A stretch of 64,000 nucleotides of DNA, from positions 1,054,001-1,118,000 of the forward strand of contig OZ361256.1 in the NCBI GenBank assembly GCA_977018835.1, written 5' to 3'. The position numbers and the translations under genes are program-made. The DNA is from Minutocellus sp. GHC0000111 (lineage: Eukaryota). This document shows, one piece after another, positions 24,301 to 34,301 of this stretch (position 1 is its first letter; each line of letters begins with the position of its first letter). A model generated the notes under the pieces. That model had not been told where the DNA came from, did not search any database, and worked only from the letters and a program-made list of their open reading frames with translations.

Positions 24301-26323
24301 GGAAACGTCTTATTGTGGCATCGCAACAAGAGAGTCTCCCGATAATTGATGCTGAAAAGATCCTTCGCCTTGACGGGGCGCTTTCCTCCTTCATTGATAG
24401 CCTATTTGGATCCCTCGGTATTGTGAATAGCCTGCAAGGAGAACGATTTGCTCCTCTACAATCTGTCCGCTCGGGAATGGAAATGGCTGTTCTTTCCTTG
24501 GCCTCACAGGCTTGCTCGACACCGCTACCGCAGGCCCTTGCTACCTACTCACCAGATTCATCGGACACGCCAATGATATCCCCAAGTAAATTACTACCGA
24601 TCAATGGCATCGTCACCCGCGAATCCGCGGTTGGTCGACGAAGCGCCATTCGAGGTAGCAACAGTCGTTCTGGAGATAGTGGCATTATCTCGTACCCTTC
24701 GGTGAAGGTCAAGGTAGGACATCGCCACTCGAAGGAGGATGCGAACGCCTTGGTTCAGTCACTTTCTACCGTGAGCTCTTTCAGCATTGATGATAGTACT
24801 GGTAAGCGTGCTGGAGGTGTCCGTGCTGACGCCAATAGAGCTTGGGACGAAGAAGGCGTTCTTGAATTTGTTGCAGCGCTAGAACGCATTGATCCTGATG
24901 TCATTGATAGAATTGAATTCATCGAGGAGCCCATTCAGAGAGTCGGCGAATTTTCTCAGCAGGTGAAGGCATTAGAGGAACTCTACAAGATCACAGGTAT
25001 TCGCTACGCTCTCGACGAGAGCATCGCTGAGTTAGCAGAGATGAATGACTATAATTTTGCCCCCATCGCTGATGCTTTCCGCGAGGCCTTCGTCAGCCAA
25101 GGACGAGCATTTGGCTGTTCCGCTCTCGTTCTGAAGCCCGCACTTCTCGGTATTGAGCTGTCCATGCAGCTTGCACGCATGGCACACACCGAGCTTGGGA
25201 TCGGGGCGGTGTTTTCTTCTTCATTCGATTCTGGTATTGGCCTGGCCTATGCATCGTTTTTGGCGTCAATTTCCGACGGCTTGCCGTCTGCCAACACTCT
25301 GAACAAGTATCCCCATGGCCTTGGCACCTTTGGCATGCTGAATGGGGACACACTCTCACCGGCTTTCAAGTCATATGTAAAGATGGACGGGGCTCTTCAA
25401 GTTGCAATGCTCGGGAGAGCGCTGTACGGTCTTGGTTTGGTCGATTTACGAGACTTGATTGGCCCACAAGGCGATTTTGAGGAGGACAGAAATGAAATCG
25501 AAGAGATGGACGGGCTCGCAATAAATAGAGCAAAGGAAGATGCAACGGCCGTCCAACAAACCAAGCAATATCAAGCCAAGGCCTCCACTAGTAACACCGG
25601 GCGAGAAATCAGTGTAGAGGTATTCCTGCCCCTTCCCTTCTCGGACGCCATCGCATGTGCCCGCTTTGGTGACTTGCCACAACAATCGCGATGGTCTCCA
25701 TGGCTCAATTCGGTCGCGTATCTGGACGCAGGTGGAGAGACCGAGTGGACACTCAATGTGAGAGGCGTCCAATACAGGTGGCGGGCAATCAGCAAGATTC
25801 TTGACAATCCTCGAGGCATTATGTGGGAGTCTGTATCAGGCCTCAAGAATAAGGGCGGTAAGTGACGGCTTCGCATCATTTGTTGGCATGCTGACATACA
25901 ATAGTTATTTGCAATGTGATGATTTTTATCCTTACTTATAGCTCTTACTCCACGCACTTATGCTCCTTCACTGTTCTTGACTACGCAGTGGTGGAATTCT
26001 TACCAACCTCTGAAGACGAATGTGTCATGAAGGTTACAATGACCATCATAACACCGAGAGTACTGGCGAGTGTCTTCCGCGGAACGTCATCATTTGTTGA
26101 GGAATTTCTACAGAACAAGTTGCTTAAATGGAGCCTCGAGAGCTTCCGCGACGTTGTCAAGGCCGACCTAGCGTTGGAGAGAGGGGATGTAGAACTGGGA
26201 GACGCTCTCTTCGGGGCAGTGGAAGGTAAGATGAGCGCCATCGAAGCGACTCTTTCCTACCCCGAGAACAAGCGATCAAAGCAGGATGATGGATCCGAGG
26301 AGGGAAAACTAGAAGATGAGTAG
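18308..26323 (+). CDS. PHYLLO: PHYLLO-like phylloquinone multienzyme: MenF + MenD + MenH + MenC + C-terminal START/SRPBCC domain; ~2,590 aa, 3 exons
   Basis: MenF: LQKVVLAR, TEALAGT, LHPTPALNG, DRGYYGGPFG, AGAGIVPGS. MenD: CPGSRSTPL, DERGAAF, SSGTAVANL, NRGASGIDG, NNDGGGIF. MenH: LHGWMG, GYSLGGR, DAKY, SGH. MenC: KVKVG, DANRAW, EEP, ALDES. Introns 21140-21245 and 25858-25988 keep the frame. A signal-like segment ending VLAF follows Met46 (18443). Confidence 0.93.
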
Positions 26324-26772
26324 ATCTAGGCTAGCTAGATCTACCAAGTAGACCTTAGAATATAGAATCAATCTTGTATCTCGTATCTATTTGATTACTG
26401 TGTTGCTCTTTGCCTCACTGTCAAAGTAGATCTATTTATATCGGTGTCTCCTTACTCGATCTAAAATTTACGTAGCTAGCTTTATCATAGTGTCATCTTG
26501 TGTATTTCTTCGTCGTGAACTCGGTAGCTTCTTCACGTGGTACCTTTTTGGTACTAGCAAGGGTAGAGAATAGAAGAGGAGAGCCTTCGTTCCCTACCGT
26601 CGTTTTGGTTGCATCTCTTGGTAGCTTTTGGCTCGCTATCTCTACTCTTTCTTACTGAACATTAACACAAACGTACAAAAAAGAACATATAATAATTCAC
26701 ATGATGGAGTGACTGGAATCGGAATTGGAAGTGAAAACGGGACGTACTACGCGAGAGAAAACCCGTACTTGA

Positions 26773-27300
26773 TTAGAAGAATATCCCCGACTCTTCCTTG
26801 TTTAGGTCCGGCCGTCCCTGCTGTTGGCTGCCGTTGAGATCCGAAGTGTCAACGTAGATGACCTCTTCTTCCATCACCATGTCGTCGTTGTCGTCGTCCA
26901 TCATTGGTTCTGGATCCTCGTTATCGGCGGTGGTTCCCGTGGCCAGAGTGGCGCTACTGGGCTGTGACGTCGGTCTTCTGCGACCCCTTCTCGTCTTCTT
27001 CTTGGAGAACGATGGCTTGGATATGTTCCGTCTCATAAAGTTGTCGACGTAGGTGAGAGAATCGCTGGACAGATTCCTCATGCTGCTGGAGAGGGTGCGG
27101 ATGAGCCCGGTACCTGATCCTCTCCTTTCCTTGTTGGTCGAGACTTGCTCGTCATCATTGGCGGCGGAGGATGATGCGGGTTCGGCGGCGGTACCGGATG
27201 CGTTGTCGAGCTTGGCCTTCTTCGAGGAGGAGTCCTCCCGAGCTCTGGCCAGATCGGTGACGGCCTCCCTCTTGTCGGTGGTGGCACTGGAAGAGAACAT
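26773..27300 (-). CDS. Hypothetical low-complexity protein with basic NLS-like segments
   Basis: 175-aa ORF with coding-like codon usage and no recognisable domain. Confidence 0.55.
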   Translation of the reverse strand: MFSSSATTDKREAVTDLARAREDSSSKKAKLDNASGTAAEPASSSAANDDEQVSTNKERRGSGTGLIRTLSSSMRNLSSDSLTYVDNFMRRNISKPSFSKKKTRRGRRRPTSQPSSATLATGTTADNEDPEPMMDDDNDDMVMEEEVIYVDTSDLNGSQQQGRPDLNKEESGIFF

Positions 27301-27821
27301 TGCTGCTGTTCTTTTTTACTTATTGAAGTTGATTTGATGAGGAGCCAAGGTTGATGATGGGCTGGACCGGCAGTGACACGTCGAAAACAAGCTTCAAATT
27401 TTGCGTTCTGCTGTCTTCTGTTGATGTGCATCGGCATTCGCCACCGTGGCGAACATCGTGACGTGGCGACCTTCTTCAGCTGTTTGGCCCGCAAAAGTCA
27501 CGTCATTACTTACTCTAAGCACTAAAAGTGAAAGGCGCCACTAAAACATTTTTCAGTCGCCGAAAATGCTCCCCCCCTGCGCGAAGCAAGAAAAAAAAAT
27601 CCTATCGATCCTACTACTACTAGCTAGTAGGCCTACCTAGGTACTAGCTAGCCTAGGTAGCTACGTAGTACGAGTATCCTGCAAAATCCGGCATGTTGGC
27701 AATGTTTGCTTCGTATCGAACGTGCCGCCCAACGTAGAGCGCTCATCCACTCTCTTTGCAAGCACACGCCTAGTCAGCGCAGATAAGACACCGGTAAATC
27801 AACATGTTCACGCAGACGTAT

Positions 27822-27990
27822 GCAAATTAGGTAGAGAAGCATCCCCCCCCCACAGCCCCCACACGTACGAGCCTAGTAGACCAAACCCAGCAAAAGAGAA
27901 CACCGAGCAAATTAGGTAGAGAAGCATCCCCCCCCACAGCCCCCACACGTACGAGCCTCGTAGACCAAACACAGCAAAAGAGAACACCGA
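27822..27990. repeat. Tandem duplication, 2 x ~85 bp
   Basis: GCAAATTAGGTAGAGAAGCATCCCCCCC...AAAAGAGAACACCGA at 27822 and 27907, about 3 differences. Confidence 0.95.
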
Positions 27991-28023
27991 GCCGAGCCGA
28001 ACCGAACACAAAATAAAGAAACT

Positions 28024-28908
28024 ATGGCACATCGGATCCAGCATTGGGATTCATCCCTGGGGTCCAAGCTGACCGAGGTGCAGTCCAAACTATTGCTGGC
28101 CAGCCAGCTACCACCGACATCGGCGTCGAGAGGCAATCTTTTGTTCGATGCTCGGAAGGTGCTCATTAGGTGCCGATTAACCAAAACCACGTACAAATCA
28201 GAGCTGGGCCGATATGCCGAAGACAGCGACGAACGAAAGCGGTACGAGTCCAGATTGATGGCTCTAGAGGAGGAGATGGTCAAGACGGAGGAGGATCTGG
28301 AGGCATTGGAGAGCAACGCCGTTGGAATTTCCTGCCTCGGTGATGGTGATGGCGGCGGCAAGCAGCAAAGTAGCGGTGGGGGAGGATGTGCTGCCTTTCC
28401 CAATGCCGCTATGAATGCTGAGAGCAAAACATACAATCAGGTACATCGACTGCTCGACCCAATAATCGACTTCACCACCTCGCAGTGTGGGTGCGATCCC
28501 ATTGCATTTGCCGCGGGCACGGGTGGCCGCTACGAACCTCAAAATTCCGTGGTGGATGAGGGAGAGTACATTGACGACCGTGAGCCCTCAGCGACAGCAG
28601 CGCCATATACTCCGTATGGCGACACAGTGAGGAAGGAGCCTTCGAGATTCAGGGCCATGATGTCGCATAATCATAAGCACCCCAACGACATTGGCAGTGC
28701 CGGTGCTGGTGGTGGCCAAAAGGCAGAAAGTACTACTTTGCTCGACTCCAAATCTTCGCCGTTTTCTGATAACAGAGAGGCACTGGAGGAGAGAGGGCAA
28801 AAGTTGCATGATCTGAACGGCCAAACCAGCAAATTGGAGTCAGCAGCGGAAACATTTGCAGACCTAGCAAAACAACTCAAGGAAAAGACAAAGCAGAAGG
28901 GTAACTGA
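28024..28908 (+). CDS. Soluble protein with N-terminal coiled coil and C-terminal R-SNARE (tomosyn/amisyn-like) motif
   Basis: C-terminus NREALEERGQKLHDLNGQTSKLESAAETFADLAKQLKEK; no TM anchor. Confidence 0.7.
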   Translation: MAHRIQHWDSSLGSKLTEVQSKLLLASQLPPTSASRGNLLFDARKVLIRCRLTKTTYKSELGRYAEDSDERKRYESRLMALEEEMVKTEEDLEALESNAVGISCLGDGDGGGKQQSSGGGGCAAFPNAAMNAESKTYNQVHRLLDPIIDFTTSQCGCDPIAFAAGTGGRYEPQNSVVDEGEYIDDREPSATAAPYTPYGDTVRKEPSRFRAMMSHNHKHPNDIGSAGAGGGQKAESTTLLDSKSSPFSDNREALEERGQKLHDLNGQTSKLESAAETFADLAKQLKEKTKQKGN

Positions 28909-29380
28909 AAATCTTCGTATTACATGTAATATTACTTTCTATCCGCAATGGAACAGTCTAGAAGTTCGGATGACACATATATCGCATGAAGCTGATTGTA
29001 AAAACATATTATGAATTGTGTCAAAATAGCTTGTTTTGAGGAGTGTGAAAAGCAAAATACAATACAAACCCACGACTATCGGGTAGGACTGAGAGACGCG
29101 TTGGCAACTGCGTTTTGAGTTAGGTGGCCTATTATATGTTAATTTTGGGGTGACCGAGACTATCCAGCGCTTCCCAAAGGACGTGATAAGTTGTTCAAAT
29201 ACGGACGAAGATAGCTGCTTAAAAAAACGCTTGTACCAAGTACGAGAGGTAAATATTTCGGTCTGCAAGCGAGGGACTAATTTACTATCCTATCGATCAA
29301 AATGTATCGATCGCACCTGGGGGCATTGCGCTTAGAATCCTTCCGCAGTCTCCGCAAGGTTCAGGACCGCTATTATTCAC

Positions 29381-31282
29381 TCAGTACATGCCCTCCTGGC
29401 GCTGTCTCGGGGCAGCGGAAATGATATCGTCCACCCTCAGGATCATCTCGGCAGCCTCGGAAGCACTGAGCAAGACACTGAGTTTCGACTTGAAAGATTC
29501 CATCACACCCAGCTCCGCCATATCCGCAACCTTTCCCTCGTACATGTCCAAGCCGTACGTCGACTTGCCCTCGGAATGGGCCGCCCGAAGCTGCGTAATC
29601 AACTCAGCCGAATCGTACCCACCATTGTCGGCCACAATGGAGGGGAGCTGTCGCAGGGCCCTGGCGAAGGCTGCCATGGCCAGAGCACGCTTACCAGGAG
29701 TGGAGTCGACCTTCCGATCGATGGCCTGGGCCATGAGGGTCTCCGTGCATCCGCCGCCGTAAATTGACCGCGGATCCTTCACGAAGGCCTGGAGGATGCA
29801 AAGCGCATCGTGCAAACTGCGCTCGGCCTCGTCCAGGACGTGGCTCGACGCTCCCCGAAGTACGATGGTGCAGGCCTCTCCCGTCTTGCATCCGCCAAGG
29901 CGCAGGACCTTGTCCTCTCCGATCATAATCTCTTCGATCACGTCGCATTCGCCCATGGTAACCAGCTCGGGATGGTCGAAGGTGCTGACGACCTCCCCCC
30001 CGGTGACGGCCGCCAACCGCTCCACCCCGTCGAAGTCGGCGTGCTCGATGGCCATGATGCCCTTCTCGGCGAAGATGCTCTCGGGGAGGTTGTAGATGAG
30101 CTGCCGGTTGATGAAGACGCTGCACCCGTGGGCGATGATCTTGTCGCACTTCTTCCGCATCTTGTCCTTCTCGGCCTCCTCGATCTCGGCCACCTTGGTC
30201 ATGGTGTCGACGCGGACGCGGCTGCCGTAGATCTTGATCTTGTCGGTGTCCATGCTGGTGTTGGCGATGAGGATTTTGGCGTTCTCGATGCGGTGGGGTT
30301 GGCCGACGCCGATGCGCTTGTCGAGGAGGAATCCCTCCTCGAGGTAGGAGTCGCGAAGCTGCCCCCCGGCCTTCTTGAGGACCTGGATGTGCTCGAGGTT
30401 GGTACTGCCCCGGAGGCGGAGGACGGCGTCGACGGCCAGGTTGGCGAAGTAGTCCTTCTCGTGAGTGAGGAGCTTGGAGCTGAGGGTCGTCCGGGCGATC
30501 TTGAGCAGCACGTCGCGGAACTTGGCCTCGTCGGACGACACGTCGATGGCGGCCGCCTCGAGGGCCTCCCGCGCGTACGTTCGGGCGAGGCGCCACCCGG
30601 CGGCGATGGTTTGCGGATGGATGTGCTGCTGGGTGACGAGCTGCTCGGCCTCGCGGAGCATCTCGCCGCAAAGGACGGCCACCGAGGTGGTGCCGTCACC
30701 GACCTCGTCGTCCTGGACCTTGGCAATGTCGACCAGGACCTTGGCGGCGGCGTTGTCGAGATGGACGGACCGGAGGATCGTGGCACCGTCGTTGGTTACC
30801 GAGACCGACTGGTTGTGCTCCCCGACGTGCTGGAGGATCTTGTCCATGCCCTTGGGACCCAGCGTCGTCTTGACGAGGTCGGCGATGGAGATGGCACCGA
30901 CGAAGGACGAGAGACGAGCATTCTCGCCCTGTTATTGGCACGGGTACCACAAATAAATTTGGACGGACGGCAATAAGAGGGGAACGTATTGGTGAGAGAG
31001 GCCGATCGAAAACGGATACCAAGCACCAACCCTTTGCAAGCAACCATTCATAGAATACACAGAGAAGCTCGCTTGCATCCCCGGTATCCTCGGCCCTTTG
31101 GTTCGTCCTACTCTACCCCATTGCATGCCCTATCCCTATCCCTCCATCTCTTCAGCATTTCAAATTTTGGCCACCGCCTTGGTCATGAAGGGCAAAACTG
31201 CAAAACATCCAAAGCCCAAAACAAACGACTCTCCACGCACCTTGTCGACGTTCGTACCGGACTCGAGGAAGGCTGCCTCCAT
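29381..31282 (-). CDS. CCT2: T-complex protein 1 subunit beta (CCT2)
   Basis: Exon 1 31282-31241 ([14 protein letters not shown]), intron 31240-30929, then [12 protein letters not shown]...[28 protein letters not shown]. Confidence 0.97.
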
Positions 31283-31436
31283 GGTCGTACGTGGTAGTGT
31301 TGTACGCCCTCTGTGCTGAGTGGTGGTGCGGTGGGGATAGCACGCGGTCGGTCGTCGTTTGAAAGCAAAAGCAAAAATGAGGCGAGCGAGCGAGCAAAAA
31401 CGTCTGTGCGTCAACAGTGAGTCCAGCCAGAATGAT

Positions 31437-31468
31437 GCAAGCAAGCAAAGCAAGCAAGCAAGCAAAGC
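31437..31468. repeat. (GCAA)n microsatellite in the CCT2/cofilin intergenic region
   Basis: gcaagcaagcaaagcaagcaagcaagcaaagc. Confidence 0.8.
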
Positions 31469-31538
31469 ATGAACAACACGGCGTCGTTACCATCTTGTGA
31501 TAATATATATAACACCAGAGCAATAACAAAGAGCAACC

Positions 31539-32673
31539 ATGGTAAGATACTCCCCTGCCGGGAGATTCATTCGCAGTACGGCGACTGGGTGGTCGCTGTG
31601 ACCGGGGGTTAATTGGGCAAAAGGCACCGAGCGCGGTATCCTCCGACCGGCAAATGCCGACGTGGAATGAAGAGCGGTCGGAACGGCATTTTTTGGAGCA
31701 GTTGGCCGAAAATATTATGTTGGTGCTATGCCTTCGCGGTGGGGGGATCGGGCGGCGGCGGGGGCTAACGATTGGGATGCGGCTCCACTCGACGGGGTAG
31801 GGTGCAAAGTCAGCGTTTTAGGGTTGGGCATTGCCAATGCGATGGTTTTTGGCGGTTACACGCCCCTAGCCCTGTGCTGCATGGGTCATCATTGCGGTGC
31901 AATGGCAATGCCACCCACCGCGGAGCACAGATACGGTATCTCCGCCCAACCCAATGCCGAGAAGGATGACCACAACACTCAAAACGGAACCAGCTACTCA
32001 TGTTGCGGGGTCGTGGAGTCGGCAACGGTGCGGGATCAGATATGATCTCTTAGCTTTCACTTCGCATTCCGATCCATCATGTTGTCATTTTTCAATTCCC
32101 GCCTTCGCGCTCCCGAACCCGGGAGGGGTCGCCGCCGCTCTCAAGTTTGTTTGCGAAGTCATCGATTCACTGCTCTAGCCTTTTCTAGTTTCATCTTCTA
32201 ATTTCTGCTCGTCAATTCTTTTGTGCACCTTGCCATAATATCAGTCAACGGGAGTAGTAGTTAACGACGAGGTCGTCGAGGCCTTCAACGACTTCAAGCT
32301 CAAGAAGGGCGCCAACAAGCTCCGGTACTTCATCTACGTCATGTCCAAGGACAAGAAGTCCATCGAGATCGAGAAGCGCGGCGCCATCGAAAAGACCTAC
32401 GACGACTTCTGCTCCGAGCTCCCCGAGAACGACTGCCGCTACGGCCTCATCGATTTGGAGTTCGAGACCGACGACGGCCGTCCGACCTCCAAGCTTGTGT
32501 TCATCAGCTGGAATCCCGACACCGCGTCGGTCCGGCCCAAGATGCTCTACTCCGGCAGCAAGGAGGCCATCAAGTCCGCCCTGAACGGCGTCGGCATCCA
32601 CATCAACGCCACCGACCATTCTGAGCTCGACTTGGAGACTGCCATCCTCCCCACCGTGAAGAAGTTTGCATAA
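31539..32673 (+). CDS. ADF: Cofilin / actin-depolymerizing factor
   Basis: ATG-only first exon (31539-31541, then GTAAG), intron 31542-32244, then STGVVVNDEV...CRYGLID...WNPDTASVRPKMLYSGSK. Confidence 0.92.
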
Positions 32674-33241
32674 AGGGGCGAATTATTTCTTGGATGATAA
32701 TAGTGGTGGTAGTCTTTTCGGCGACGGAGATGGGATGTTCACAGAGGGTGAATGGGATTTCTCTTTATTTGGCATGTGGCAAAAAGATGGTTTCGAATGA
32801 GAAAAGGATACTGAGTTGGGTTGATGCAGGCAGGGGATATATGAAGGCGCTCCTGGGTACTGGCGCGTTTCCCACCTAGCGGAAGCCTGGTTTTGGCTGT
32901 GGTGAAATGTTTGTGGTTTAAAAGATGTGGATCCCTACTAGTATCTAGTAGTCGTTGGTGGAGGACTGTTTGTTTGGACAGTAGGGAAGTTTTGATCTGG
33001 TTTGAAGGTTACGTACCTTGCTACGTGAAGTGTAGTCTAGATAGAGGTACCGGTACCAAGACGAATACAGTACGCACACATTTGTGATCTAAATAATTTG
33101 ATCAAGAAAAGATACGCTCTTCCCTGATTAGAGATCTTTGGACAAATATTTGCGTAGCTCCATATCCCGGCTATCTATCTAATACCGGTACGTAGCTGGA
33201 GGGATCTCTCGAGTCGAGTTGCAGGTAGTAGGCTACCGGTA

Positions 33242-33913
33242 AGCTCTGACCGTCCTCGGCGAGCTGGCAGAAATTGTAGTACTGCCCCTGCCATCTTTGA
33301 GATGAAGACTATTTCTGCCTGCCCTACTCGATACAACTTCGCTCAAACAAAAGCGGTGGAGTCTCGCGCTACCGGTATCAAGTCGGAGTACGTTCGGAAG
33401 GTTAAGAGAATCGATCAAGTCTTTGCTCCAGATGTAACGGGGGACAGCAATGACGGCGCTTCTGGTCCATTCCAGAATGCCTACAATACTTTCTGTAGAG
33501 GAGGTGTCATCCCGCTCGTCATCGGAGCATACGGTGAAACAAATGAAGACTTTCAAGAGGTACTGAAAGTCTGTGCTCGCATGGCGGTAGCTCGGGGTGA
33601 TGCAGTATATAACTCGCCGATTTTTGAGACCGAGGTAAAGGGTGGAGCATATTCTGTCACCTTGCACCTTTATCGACGAGTGATTGCTGGCGCCATTGCC
33701 CGCGGTCTCTCTTTACACAAGAGATCACGACTGCATTTTGTTCGAGGCTCGAGAGGAGAGGCAGCTAGGGTCGCTGAGGAGGCAAAGAATCATTTTGAGA
33801 CTGGTAGATGCTCTGATAGTGACGGATTCTCGGCTCGTCATTCGAGTCGAGAATATGGTTACTACGAGCAGTTTAGAGGATTTAGAAGTGGGCCTGAACG
33901 GCGCTATGAGTAA
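33242..33913 (+). mobile_element. 3' fragment of a non-LTR retrotransposon (CRE-like restriction-endonuclease C-terminus), 5'-truncated
   Basis: The frame is open from ~33242: IFEMKT...SEYVRKVKRID...GPF...IPLVIGAYGETN...RRVIAGAIARG. This resembles the C-terminal PD-(D/E)xK domain of CRE-clade ORFs. No RT domain upstream. Confidence 0.55.
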
Positions 33914-34301
33914 TTATTTGCGGCTGGCTTTGCTTATCCTACTTTCTTCGCTTCTCATCTTCTGATTATGTCGATCCTATAAACGTCTACGTAGAAAATT
34001 GTTATACATGTACCGGTACCGGTAGTACATGTATTAGATTAGTGGTTGCTGACTTACCTCACACTTCGCCTGACCGTAGATGATTCTCGGTCACTTCAGC
34101 TTGCCCGGCACATCTAGATAATGCGAAATGAGAAGAAGATTGGCCCGACACATGTAGGTTTAGACAAAGGCTTTTTTAAGGTGAATGTTTTACATACATT
34201 TAAGGTGAATGTATACACCGAGCTACATGTATGTAGTATGTACACGTTAAATAGACATAATTCACTTACATGTATTCGACAAAGACTATGTATAAAGGAC
34301 T

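Noticed and set aside
27822..27990. CRISPR-like array
   Set aside because: Only two adjacent copies with no spacer, in a eukaryotic context with no cas genes.
28930..29330. AT-rich intergenic stretch that might be a TE remnant
   Set aside because: No terminal repeats or target duplication found.
29691..30976. Long alternative-frame and antisense ORFs over CCT2 (326 and 388 aa)
   Set aside because: Shadow ORFs caused by very high GC3 codon bias.
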